Notes: a model not told the origin generated them from the sequence alone. A stretch of 63,950 bases of DNA, filler included, from Octopus bimaculoides (GCF_001194135.2; 7 parts of 7 records of this genome joined end to end with filler, not necessarily neighbours in it); one strand, 5' to 3'; counted from the first letter of the whole stretch, positions 12,952-26,186 are shown. Translations and numbers: made by a program.

Positions 12952-15900
12952 NNNNNNNNNNNNNNNNNNNNNNNNNNNNNNNNNNNNNNNNNNNNNNNNN
13001 NNNNNNNNNNNNNNNNNNNNNNNNNNNNNNNNNNNNNNNNNNNNNNNNNNNNNNNNNNNNNNNNNNNNNNNNNNNNNNNNNNNNNNNNNNNNNNNNNNNN
13101 NNNNNNNNNNNNNNNNNNNNNNNNNNNNNNNNNNNNNNNNNNNNNNNNNNNNNNNNNNNNNNNNNNNNNNNNNNNNNNNNNNNNNNNNNNNNNNNNNNNN
13201 NNNNNNNNNNNNNNNNNNNNNNNNNNNNNNNNNNNNNNNNNNNNNNNNNNNNNNNNNNNNNNNNNNNNNNNNNNNNNNNNNNNNNNNNNNNNNNNNNNNN
13301 NNNNNNNNNNNNNNNNNNNNNNNNNNNNNNNNNNNNNNNNNNNNNNNNNNNNNNNNNNNNNNNNNNNNNNNNNNNNNNNNNNNNNNNNNNNNNNNNNNNN
13401 NNNNNNNNNNNNNNNNNNNNNNNNNNNNNNNNNNNNNNNNNNNNNNNNNNNNNNNNNNNNNNNNNNNNNNNNNNNNNNNNNNNNNNNNNNNNNNNNNNNN
13501 NNNNNNNNNNNNNNNNNNNNNNNNNNNNNNNNNNNNNNNNNNNNNNNNNNNNNNNNNNNNNNNNNNNNNNNNNNNNNNNNNNNNNNNNNNNNNNNNNNNN
13601 NNNNNNNNNNNNNNNNNNNNNNNNNNNNNNNNNNNNNNNNNNNNNNNNNNNNNNNNNNNNNNNNNNNNNNNNNNNNNNNNNNNNNNNNNNNNNNNNNNNN
13701 NNNNNNNNNNNNNNNNNNNNNNNNNNNNNNNNNNNNNNNNNNNNNNNNNNNNNNNNNNNNNNNNNNNNNNNNNNNNNNNNNNNNNNNNNNNNNNNNNNNN
13801 NNNNNNNNNNNNNNNNNNNNNNNNNNNNNNNNNNNNNNNNNNNNNNNNNNNNNNNNNNNNNNNNNNNNNNNNNNNNNNNNNNNNNNNNNNNNNNNNNNNN
13901 NNNNNNNNNNNNNNNNNNNNNNNNNNNNNNNNNNNNNNNGTTTAAAAATATTATCCCTATAACTAAAACACAAAAAAATCTCTCAAATGTCATCATTTCT
14001 AAAAATAGCCAAACACTTACTGGGGTTTAAAAATCTTATCCCTATAACCAAAACACAAAAAATCTATCAAAAGTCATCATTTCTAAAAATAAACTTGGTA
14101 TCAACTCTAAAAATAGCCAAACACATACTGCTGCTGTCCAAAGGAATTGGTATAAAAGACAGAAAACCAGCCAGTCTATTACAGTCTGTTATAGTCTGTC
14201 ATACGGGCCATGATGAAATACCACAAGGTATAGAAAATACGTGTTCGCCCTTATATATTTAATCCTTTATATTGAACACTCAATATTTCATATATTCAAT
14301 AAGACATATTCCATATATTCAATAAGACATTCAATACTTCATTTCATTGTACCATCCATCGTTTTTTATATTATATATTNNNNNNNNNNNNNNNNNNNNN
14401 NNNNNNNNNNNNNNNNNNNNNNNNNNNNNNNNNNNNNNNNNNNNNNNNNNNNNNNNNNNNNNNNNNNNNNNNNNNNNNNNNNNNNNNNNNNNNNNNNNNN
14501 NNNNNNNNNNNNNNNNNNNNNNNNNNNNNNNNNNNNNNNNNNNNNNNNNNNNNNNNNNNNNNNNNNNNNNNNNNNNNNNNNNNNNNNNNNNNNNNNNNNN
14601 NNNNNNNNNNNNNNNNNNNNNNNNNNNNNNNNNNNNNNNNNNNNNNNNNNNNNNNNNNNNNNNNNNNNNNNNNNNNNNNNNNNNNNNNNNNNNNNNNNNN
14701 NNNNNNNNNNNNNNNNNNNNNNNNNNNNNNNNNNNNNNNNNNNNNNNNNNNNNNNNNNNNNNNNNNNNNNNNNNNNNNNNNNNNNNNNNNNNNNNNNNNN
14801 NNNNNNNNNNNNNNNNNNNNNNNNNNNNNNNNNNNNNNNNNNNNNNNNNNNNNNNNNNNNNNNNNNNNNNNNNNNNNNNNNNNNNNNNNNNNNNNNNNNN
14901 NNNNNNNNNNNNNNNNNNNNNNNNNNNNNNNNNNNNNNNNNNNNNNNNNNNNNNNNNNNNNNNNNNNNNNNNNNNNNNNNNNNNNNNNNNNNNNNNNNNN
15001 NNNNNNNNATATAGTTCTTTCAGTTTGGTCTGCTTGGGGCTATATAAAAAGATATTTATAGAAGATAGTATGCAGTGTGTCTGAATTCCACACGATGTTG
15101 TTGGTAACTTTTTTTCTTTGGGGAAGAGTTTAGAGTTTGTATGACGTTCATAGATCTCCTAAAGGGAACTATGTGGAAAATGCTCTGAAATAGTTTGAAA
15201 ATGGAATGGTAATCTTTATCTTTCTATATGTTGGTCAGAGAAATCACTTACTGTGTGCTGCGAACAATCACCGTATGGTGAGAATGATCAAGATGGAGAA
15301 TACGTGAGAAAAGACGCAGTTGTAGATCGGATTTAAAGAGAATGACAGTAATATTGATTGTAAGGCGATTGATGTGCTGATGCCAGCCATTTCCCCAATT
15401 AACTGAGTTGCTTTATTTTGGACGCGATCGAGGTTGTTTATGTGTTTATAAGTTGTTTATAAACCACAAGGCAAGATATTCGTGAACATTATTAAATACC
15501 GGTCGTACTTAACTTATGTCCCAAAAGCAGAATAGTTAGGCTCCGTGATGCAATTTTGACGGTGATGTAGTAAACAGTATTTTAATAGCTGCGGAAGTTT
15601 TATTTTTCTACTGCTGAAAGAGTTTAAGATATCTTCATTAAACAGGCTTAAGCTCTCTGCTTATAGATCAAATTTTGTCTAACTTGAAATGTTGATGTTG
15701 AGCTATGAATGATGCCTGTGTACGAAGTATGAGAGAATGTCGATATTATTTGCATATGGACGAACTGTTTTAGAAGTGAAAAACATTAAGCCGCTAAATT
15801 ATAGTATGTGGAAGCATAAGGTTTGATGGCGTATGCTAGAGCTGATAAAATTAGGGCCGGAGACAATTCTAACAGTATACAGTGCAATATTTTAGATTGA

Positions 15901-17721
15901 GTTTGACAAGAAGCATCTGATATCAAAGAGTATAATTTCTGATGGTTCTCTCATATTGGATCTCGTATCCTTTGTTCCATGTTACATATTGCTTCCTAGA
16001 ACTCTTGAAAATAATCATAAATATTTCCCTGCAATATCCTGTAAACGTGATATCATTTATGTAAATCGTAACTCGGATACTTTTCCGAGCTATATTAGCA
16101 ACATAAATCCACTGATAGGAAATGTTTGCAACTGTAAAACGATCTCCAATCAAACGTGCAGCCTAACACTTGTATTGATGGAATCACGAATTTAATATAC
16201 TTTAAACTGCGAATGCAAACATTCATTGATGAGACGTATTGCTGACCAAGTACCTTACATACATGTGTAATATACTTGATCTTCATTTTTCAGGAACAGT
16301 TATATACTTAATTAAACTCTATACATTACTGGTATGATGGGAATTGAATTACTGCCTAGTCAACTATCATCACATGCAATAAAACCTCTACTATTAACAC
16401 AGCTTTCCCGCTCGACCAAAGCATATGTATCTCACCATAATTACAATCACTACTGAACAAAGCTTCATCAATATTATTTGATAGTGTACCATGAATAGAC
16501 AACTTAGCAACAAGTGGTGCCACTAAACAACCATCACTAACGTCACTACAACCACCAAAACTTCAAAACAAAATAATATTTAAATAACAATGTATTATAT
16601 GAATAACAATGTACTACTATGTAAAAAAAAAACATTGTATTATTACCACCACTGTCATCTCCATCAACACCATAATCACCAACGTCACTATTAGTGCTGA
16701 AAGCCACCAATACTACCAACATAGCCATCAACACTCATCACATAACACGTTCACTACGGCTACTACCAGAACCACTCGACAGTGTTGAGGAAAGCGAATC
16801 AACATGTTGTATCTTCGTGTAACAAATAGCAGGAAGATATGTCTCAGATCATACCTGTTTGTCTTATAAAGAAAGAATACATAGAATAATGAGTTCCCGG
16901 AGAACCATGTTTAGTTCAAAGAGAAATACTTATAGCTCCGTAACGATCATCAGCATCAGTATTATACGAGCAACACTCAATAACTGCAATACCACTACAA
17001 TTATCGTTCTGGTCACCATCATCATCATCATCATCGTCGTCGTCATCCTCATAATAATCAGCAACAACAACACGATTACCACTATAACTGTTCACGAAGA
17101 CTAACCACTAGCGCCACCGCCATTAAATTTGCTGTCTGCTACTCAACAACTGCCATCGCCATTTCCTCTGTATCAGCGCTATTCAATGATAAGTACCACA
17201 ATATATATATATATATATATATATATNNNNNNNNNNNNNNNNNNNNNNNNNNNNNNNNNNNNNNNNNNNNNNNNNNNNNNNNNNNNNNNNNNNNNNNNNN
17301 NNNNNNNNNNNNNNNNNNNNNNNNNNNNNNNNNNNNNNNNNNNNNNNNNNNNNNNNNNNNNNNNNNNNNNNNNNNNNNNNNNNNNNNNNNNNNNNNNNNN
17401 NNNNNNNNNNNNNNNNNNNNNNNNNNNNNNNNNNNNNNNNNNNNNNNNNNNNNNNNNNNNNNNNNNNNNNNNNNNNNNNNNNNNNNNNNNNNNNNNNNNN
17501 NNNNNNNNNNNNNNNNNNTATATATATATGTACGTATATATATATATATGAGTATATATATATATATATATATATATTTATGTATGTATATACATATACT
17601 TATATGTATATATTTATACATATGTGTGTGTGTGTGTATGTATGTATGCGTGTATATATGAATATATGTATATCTGCATCTTTCTATCTATGTATCTATC
17701 TGTCTATCTCTCTCTCTCTCT

Positions 17722-17819
<98 letters not shown>

Positions 17820-19143
17820 ACATACATGCATACATATATATGTATATATATGTAAATATATATATAAATATATATACAGAAAGAGAGAGAGAGAGGTAGA
17901 CAGATAGATACATAGATAGAAAGATGGAGAGATACATATATTCATATATACACGGATACATACATACACACATGCATTCATTCATACACACACACACATA
18001 TGTATAAATACATAGTATATATAGTATATAAATATATAGTATATATGTATGTATGCATATATACATGTATGTATGCATGTATGCACGTATGTACAAAACT
18101 ATCACCATCTTCAATGTCAGCGCTGACACCATGAACTATTATCACCACCAAAGCACCGCAAACACTGCCCCAATCCACATCTACAATAACAATAGAAACA
18201 AACGCCACAAGCTGCACAATCAACACCATTGTCAAACCAGAACCGTGATAAGTGATTACGCAAACACAAACAGTTCATCCATGACCACTACCACCGACAG
18301 CACAAACTCCACCGACCACCAGAATCACCACCACCACCACCAAATCGAACCCACTCAATGCATCCATCACCATCAGTAACCGCGATAATCCATTAACAGA
18401 AGTTCCACCATCCGAGCACCACGCTCTATACAACCACTACCATAACTAATAACATTGTTACTACCACTACAACCGCTACTGTCATTACCACTACTACCAC
18501 CACAGGCAAAACTGTCATCACTATCACCACAGTGTGATTTCACACCACCGATCACCGCCCTCACCAAACTCATCGCCACCACCACCACTACATTTCATAC
18601 GTTACCACAATAGTGCCATATGCTACAGCTATACAGCAATCGATTACATAATATACTATCAAACGAATACGATTCTAAAAACAAAAAAAAAACAAAAAAA
18701 ATTTCTTCACTGACGGAACTCCACTAAACCAACTATTTTAGCAATATCCTTCTCTCCTATAACGACATCAAAGTTGTGAGAAATGGTAACTATACTTGTA
18801 TTTTCCCAGATTCTACTCCACCACCACTTTTACAATGACACACGCACAAACACCAAAGCACTCACACACACAGACGCATGCACACACACACTCTTTCTCT
18901 CTCCCTTTCTCACTCTCTCGCTCTCTCTCCTTCTCTCTCTCACACACACACATGCTTATGCTTCTAAATACACTTCAGATGTCGAAAGTGCTGTAGGAGA
19001 GAATCATTCCTGCTCTGTCGTAAATGTTTATGGAAGAGAAAAAGGAAATTAACAAGGATACCGCTATGTTGTGTATGAACCTGCTCGTAATGACAGCTAA
19101 ATCTTCTTCAAATCACACCATATCGTCTTAAGCTAGGATATAG

Positions 19144-19320
19144 ATGTTTTCGATCTAGTTTAGATTCTTTGCCACCAAATTTGAGTTCTTAGCCATCAAA
19201 TTTCAATTCTTTGCCATCAAATTTGAATAATTTGCAATCAAATTTGATTGCAAAGAATTCAGATTTTGCGGCAAAGAATTCAAATTTGATGGCAAATAAT
19301 CCAAACTAGATCGAAAACAT
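19144..19320. mobile_element. Foldback/MITE-like palindromic element with internal 21-bp subrepeats
   Basis: Terminal 23-bp inverted repeats (atgttttcgatctagtttagatt / aatccaaactagatcgaaaacat, 1 mismatch); tandem units like ttctttgccatcaaatttgaa; perfect 24-bp central palindrome at 19231-19254. Confidence 0.8.
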
Positions 19321-20268
19321 TAATATATTAGACAATATGGTTGTAGACAAAGCATTAGTAGAACGAGAGAACCATGATAAATGATAAATTAATTGACGAG
19401 GGTTAAGGCTTAACAAAAACAAAAATAGCAACACCAACGACAACAACAGCGGCAGCAGCACCAACAATAACAACAACAGCAACAACAACAACAACAATAC
19501 CAACAACAATAGCAGCCGCAGCACTTTGAAATGTTATGCGGGATTGTTATTGTTTTTCCTCCAGATTAGCTCTAGTCCAGCTTTTATTGAAACCATTCCT
19601 TCTGTGGCATTCGTAGCTTTTTACAATCTCAAGGAGAGAAATTCAGAACCCAATCGTAGAAATTGGAGTGTAACACCAAATGAAATTTGGCTGCTATTTC
19701 TAGAAGGACGTGCAACTGCGTAAGAGGAATTTTAGTGTTTCAATTATGAAATTTACTTTCCTTTAGGTGCGTCCTTGCCTCGCATATTTAGGTTCACGAA
19801 GCGCCTGAAATAAACAGAGGGTATCGATTTGTAATCGAATCTTTACACAAAATGTTTTGGCCAAAGTTTTCTCCTCAACATTTTCTCCTCAGCAACGTGA
19901 GATATTTAGGTGAGAAATATTATACTCTTATAATCTTTTCAATCAACTGAATCCATGTTGAGGTACGAACTTCAAGGGATTTTATGTATTATAATATATA
20001 TTCTGTCAAAAATATCAAATACATATTTTGTCTCTTCAATACTGGTTTCACAATGGGGGTACGTAAATACAGACATAGGTATATAAATGCGCAAATGCAA
20101 AATATTTTACAATATAAATTATATATTATGCAAAGATTACTTCTATTACATGTCTACATACAATGGTTTCATCTTTGGTAAGATGTATATTAACTGAAAT
20201 ATAACGGATATAAAATATCTGTACTTTTCCCAAGCTTTCTGTGTCCTAGATCAGCGAGAGTATATGTG

Positions 20269-20310
<42 letters not shown>

Positions 20311-20410
20311 NNNNNNNNNNNNNNNNNNNNNNNNNNNNNNNNNNNNNNNNNNNNTTAATTAATTAANNNNNNNNNNNNNNNNNNNNNNNNNNNNNNNNNN
20401 NNNNNNNNNN
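20311..20410. other. Assembly gap marker: 44 N + TTAATTAATTAA + 44 N (also centred at 49412, 55542, 58783, 60619, 62703)
   Basis: The identical 12-mer, with stops in all six frames, sits inside N-runs six times; this is an artificial spacer. Confidence 0.95.
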
Positions 20411-20578
20411 TATATATATATAATGCTCGCAGAGACACACACGCATACCATACACACACATACCTATATTTTTGTATGTGTGTGTATGCATGCATGCACA
20501 CATAAATGCACACATAAATGCATACATACATACATGCATACATACATACATACAAACATACATACATACATACATACA

Positions 20579-20609
<31 letters not shown>

Positions 20610-21202
20610 CACTAGTCTTTTCCACATTCCAAAATAAAAATATTATTTCTCCTCGTTCATTCTCTTCCGTAACTCTTCTGCTTATACAAGATGACTTCTT
20701 TCGATCCCCTTTTAGTTTTTTCTATCTACTCCGGATATGAGAACCGGTTTATTAACCAGTCAATATAAAAATATTGCCAACTGATNNNNNNNNNNNNNNN
20801 NNNNNNNNNNNNNNNNNNNNNNNNNNNNNNNNNNNNNNNNNNNNNNNNNNNNNNNNNNNNNNNNNNNNNNNNNNNNNNNNNNNNNNNNNNNNNNNNNNNN
20901 NNNNNNNNNNNNNNNNNNNNNNNNNNNNNNNNNNNNNNNNNNNNNNNNNNNNNNNNNNNNNNNNNNNNNNNNNNNNNNNNNNNNNNNNNNNNNNNNNNNN
21001 NNNNNNNNNNNNNNNNNNNNNNNNNNNNNNNNNNNNNNNNNNNNNNNNNNNNNNNNNNNNNNNNNNNNNNNNNNNNNNNNNNNNNNNNNNNNNNNNNNNN
21101 NNNNNNNNNNNNNNNNNNNNNNNNNNNNNNNNNNNNNNNNNNNNNNNNNNNNNNNNNNNNNNNNNNNNNNNNNNNNNNNNNNNNNNNNNNNNNNNNNNNN
21201 NN

Positions 21203-21239
<37 letters not shown>

Positions 21240-22384
21240 GTGTGTGTGTGTGTGTGTCTTTGTATGTAAGGTATATACACATATGCGTGTATATATGTAT
21301 ATATGCATATGAATATATCTGTATGTGAATATATATATGCATATATATATATATATACATACATATAAACATATGTATATATGTATATATATGTATGTAC
21401 ATATATATGTATGTATGTATGTATGAATGTATTTGTTAATACATTCACAGTAAAGGAAAAGAGATTCACTTTCATTAAAAGTTATTAATTATGTAAAGTC
21501 ATTTTAAAAAATCAGATTAACAGAGACCTGATGGAAGGAAGTTTTTTGTGAACGTATTTTCCTATTTTCAGCTTTTTAAACACCCGTTATGAAGTAAACT
21601 GGATAATAATAGTAACTGAAAAATACGAAGGACGCTTATATAAAAACTCTTGTATTAATTTGCTTTTTTAAAGATTTACCTCATATATTTAATCATTTTT
21701 AATTCAAGTCACTTCTTTCAGGCGTGTTATTTGAGCCTCAACGGTTACCAGATTGTGTACAGTATGCTATATGACTCCTTCCGATTGTTGCACCATCCGA
21801 GCATGAAACTTGCAGTAGCTAATTTATAACTCCTGAAGTCATTAAATTATATTTCTCTCCTCTTGTTAGATGGGGTATGTTTGGCGGATCCAAAGAAGCA
21901 GTAATATATCAGTAGCTGACATTACTGATATATTTCTGTGCATTTTGTTTTGTTTTGTTTTTTCTTAACATTGCACGTCTTTAATAGATATTATCTCAGG
22001 ATGGACATTGATGTGTTTGGCTTAACTGTGATGCACGAAAACTCTTTCTGTCGCACAAAACGAATGTATATGTACGTATATGTGCGCGTGTATGCGGGTA
22101 TGTATATATTTTTTGGCGAATGTGTGGGTGAGCATGTGTGTGTTTCAAGTAAGGGTGGATGAGTATATACATATAGGTGCATGTACGTGGGTGTGCTGGT
22201 GCGCATGTGTATGTTTGGGCATGCGCACTTACGCGATTACTATGAACATTTTTGCTCCCTTACATTTACTCCCTCCCCTTACTTAGTGGTCAACCTAATA
22301 GCTCTTTTGTCTTAATAACAGCCAATCACACAGTAATTTCCCTTTGTTTAACGGTCATTTTCATAGCGTTTTTTTCGATAGCCC

Positions 22385-22445
22385 GATAACTGAAGAGATA
22401 CCGGCGTGGGTTTCCGCCCCGACATCCGAAACTCGGAGTTTTATC
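22385..22445 (+). ncRNA. Type I minimal hammerhead ribozyme candidate, of the kind found in Penelope-like element repeats
   Basis: Stem I GATAA(22385-22389)/TTATC(22441-22445); core CTGAAGA (22390-22396); imperfect stem II GATACCGG...CCGACATC with an inner GGCG/CGCC hairpin; GAAA (22428-22431); stem III ACT-CGG-AGT inside the palindrome AACTC-G-GAGTT; cleavage triplet GUU. Confidence 0.7.
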
Positions 22446-22589
22446 ATGTCTACCGAATAATTGTCCCATATCATATTTACAGATATATATATATATATAT
22501 GGGGGGGTTCACCAGCACCATCATGTGGGATTACTATCACTTTATTATTTCTTCCAACGTCTTCTTTCAAACTTTTCTCTAATCAGTAG

Positions 22590-23076
22590 CCATGCTTGAC
22601 CGCTAAATCTACAGGTTTTTTTCATTTTCTCCCTGTTTATTTTCTTTTATTCTTTTCTGTTAAAGAGCGTAGGCTCGAAACGTAAAAAAACTTTTTCATT
22701 TTCCCAAGCGTCAAATCTAATATACTTCTTTGTTGTTCATACACCTGTCTTCGTCTTTTGTTTCTCTATAAATTTTAGCTATATATATATATATATATAT
22801 ATGGGAGAATATACAAAAAATAACAACAGACGAGGACAGGTGGTGTAAATAACAAAAGTATATATTAGTATGACGCTCGGGAATACGGAAAGTCTTTGAC
22901 GTTTCGAGCTACGCTCTTCAACAGAAAGAATACGGAGACAAGGAGAAAAACACGGAGAAAAAAAATTGAATAGTGTTCAGTCAACGGTCAATCATAATAA
23001 TGGCCGATCATAACAATGGCTGACCGGAAGTTAGAAATTCTTATTTCAGGAGAGCTAAGAAAGGGGGAGATAACAA
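22590..23076. mobile_element. Inverted pair of related repeats with degenerate hammerhead cores flanking a (TA)n tract; probably derived from Penelope-like terminal repeats
   Basis: The + copy has CTGTTAA-A-GAGCgtagGCTC-GAAACG...GCGTC (22657-22712). The - copy has CTGTTGA-A-GAGCgtaGCTC-GAAACG...GCGTC (22924-22872). Both arms run into (TA)n at about 22780-22801. Confidence 0.6.
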
Positions 23077-23348
23077 NNNNNNNNNNNNNNNNNNNNNNNN
23101 NNNNNNNNNNNNNNNNNNNNNNNNNNNNNNNNNNNNNNNNNNNNNNNNNNNNNNNNNNNNNNNNNNNNNNNNNNNNNNNNNNNNNNNNNNNNNNNNNNNN
23201 NNNNNNNNNNNNNNNNNNNNNNNNNNNNNNNNNNNNNNNNNNNNNNNNNNNNNNNNNNNNNNNNNNNNNNNNNNNNNNNNNNNNNNNNNNNNNNNNNNNN
23301 NNNNNNNNNNNNNNNNNNNNNNNNNNNNNNNNNNNNNNNNNNNNNNNN

Positions 23349-23570
23349 GTGTGGTGTGATGTGAGGGTGTTGGGAGGTGGGGAAGGCATGGGTGGAGTGT
23401 GGGGTAGAGGTAGGGGTCTGTGGGTAGGGTGGGGTATGTAGGTAGGGGTGGGTGGTGGGTGTAAGGAATTGGATGGGGTGGAGTGGGAAGGTAGAGTAGG
23501 AGTGTGTTGGGGTGTGGTGGGATGAGCTTATGAGGGGGTGTTGACGAGGAGGGAGAAGGGGAAGGTGTAT
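23349..23570 (+). repeat. G-rich low-complexity tract with many GGG(G) runs
   Basis: More than 10 G3/G4 runs with short spacers. Confidence 0.7.
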
Positions 23571-25042
23571 ATATATATCTTACTGATAATTAATTTTTGC
23601 TTTTGCATTTGCTAAGCTAGTGTCTTATTGTAGTAGTTTATAAATCAGTTAAAGATGTATTCATTCGAGGATTAAAATCCCCAATTTTTCATTGATCCCT
23701 CTAGCTTCTTGATGAACTCGAGTGAATATTTCGGTTTTTTGTATACGTACAGCGATTTCGAGTTTAAATTTGAAATATCTGCGGATGACTATGAATTTAG
23801 CCCACGGACTTGTGCGATTAATAAAATCTATTATTACCTTATCATTCGGATCAGCATCATGATGTTCAGTAAGTTAAGGGGTTTAACCTTCGTGATTTAT
23901 GGGAGATTTTGGGTATAAGAGAAATTAAATTAGATACCATCGGAAATCAAATACAGTTTGTTGAGTTGTCTCCCAGTAAATAAATCTCTTTGCAGTAATC
24001 ATTGACATATTATAAATTCACACCAATGGGATCAGAGCCAACGTAGCTACAACCTATACATAGTCATATACCTTAATAAAAATAGCAACCAAATTCTCCT
24101 CAATATCATACCCTGCCTTTTTATAAGGGTAAGACATTTTAGATAATGTTATTCTAGATATAACAATGACTTACGTATTTATTCTGAATACGTTCCGTCA
24201 GATTCGAACGTAAATATGCTAATCGCTGTTATGTTATTCACAGGAGAACAGTTTCTCTTTTACGAGGAATGTGGGTTCGTAAAACATTTGATTCATTAGT
24301 TCAAGGGATTCTAAATATACTTAGTATGAAAAAAGGAACCTAAACGATAGCAGTTAGAACGTCTTTGACCGAATGTTTGCTCCAACAGGCACCTTTAGCC
24401 ATAGACTTGACCTTGGGCTAAATAGCACCCACATCGAAAATCTTAACTCTAATTATTATTGGTGAGACGAAATTGGGAGAACAATGACAAAATTAATGTC
24501 TTCCTCAAGAACTCTGAGAACGTAAGTGAACTGAAAATTTTTAGTGTTAACGAAACAGTACCGCAAACAAAATTCTTGAAAAAGAAAGTACCACCACACC
24601 CCGGCTCAAGTCATTATTAAGCGAAGAAAGAAGGTTATTTTTTTTCCGAGATGGGGGTCTGATAGTGCCAATTCTAACAATTATGGAAATGATCCTGATA
24701 AAAAGGGAAATCCGTTAATTTGATCCTTAATAGCCCATTCATGAATATTTCATGAAATTCAAATCAAATTTATTCTTTTGAAAAAAATTACTTTAAGACC
24801 AAACTAAAACGAAAATTACGTCATAAATTTATTATTCCTACCACCATCATTATCATTACCATCCTCCTCGTCGTCGTCGTCGTCGTCGTCGTCGACGTCG
24901 TCGTCGTCGTCGTATGGTCGTCGTTGTCATCGTCGGCGTCAACGTCATCATCATCATCAACATCAACATCAACATCATCATCAGTATAATATTAGTTTTT
25001 CTAGTTCTTGTTATCTCTATATAATAATAGCCGATATAAATG

Positions 25043-25140
25043 TTGGTTGGCTGGTTGGTTGGTTGGTTGGTTGGTTGGTTGGTTGGTTGGTTGGTTGGTT
25101 GGTTGGTTGGTTGGTTGGTTGGTTGGCTGGTTGGTTGGTT
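25043..25140 (+). repeat. (TTGG)n microsatellite, about 24 units
   Basis: Read directly. Confidence 0.9.
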
Positions 25141-26186
25141 TCTCCAGTCACGCTTTACATCATATAGAGAGAGGAAAGAGAAAGAGTAAAGAGAGATACA
25201 AAGAGAGTAAGGGTGAGTGCTTTATGGCAGGCAATGAGTTAAGAAATGCCAGAGAAAGAAGCTGGACGTGTCTTTTCTGGGGATCGACCAAGATCCTCAA
25301 TGAAAATACGTCCAACTTCAGTTCTGTTGACTGGGTAACGGGTAGGTCTTCGCTGAGAAGCGCTCAACCAACCGTGAGATGGTTTGTCATGAGACTTCTC
25401 CTCTTTACAAAAATATAGACAGAATGTGATTACATTCTAATTTCATCTATAACTAAGATTTACAATATTTAAATTTATCAATTCTTCTGATTCCCTAACC
25501 TAAATTCATATATCTGGCTGTCCCTATTTCCAGATCTTTATACCTAAATAATTTCGTCAGTTTTTAACAGATACTTTCAACTTCGTTCGGTAGAATACAC
25601 ATAAAAAATACGTTGTTTCTTGGTAGGAAAACTTCGGTATTATGCAGCAATCAAAAATCTTTTTCTTTCAGCATTCATTCCTGAACTTTTCAACCAGAGC
25701 TATATTTTTTTGCCTTTATCCAATTTTTCTTTATTTGGTCTTGTCAGATGTTTGGCAATGTTAAGGTTTTTCATGCTATCATCTTAACATGACATTTTAC
25801 CATTTTCAGTTTCGTTTCTTTTATATATATGCATTTGTTTTTGTTTCTCCTTCCTCCCCGTAGCAGTTTGTTATCCGAAACCATGTTTTCTGTTTTTGTA
25901 TGTAATTGTTTTCTCTTGAACACGGAAACAGTTTGGTTTGCTTATATTTTATAGTTACTTGTATTAGTTTGCCTTTATTTGTTTTTTCACTCTGTATTTA
26001 ATAATAGTTTCTAGTTACAGAAGATCCCTAAGGTTTAATGTTCGTGATAAATATAGCCCTTCTGCATCGACTTTCGGGTACTATATTCTAAATGCCATCA
26101 TCACTTTTCCTTATTTCTGTCTTCCACTTCAGAATATTGTAGCTATAAACTTCCCCCACCCCACCCATTAGTTATATCTATGTAAA

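Noticed and set aside
20355-20366. Recurrent palindromic TTAATTAATTAA motif (six copies)
   Set aside because: Always embedded in N-runs (44 N + 12 + 44 N); an artificial six-frame-stop gap spacer, not genomic DNA.
25190-25400. Candidate non-coding first exon of the amine oxidase (G|GTAGGT donor-like site near 25342)
   Set aside because: A donor-like hexamer alone is not evidence; there is no promoter or transcript support.
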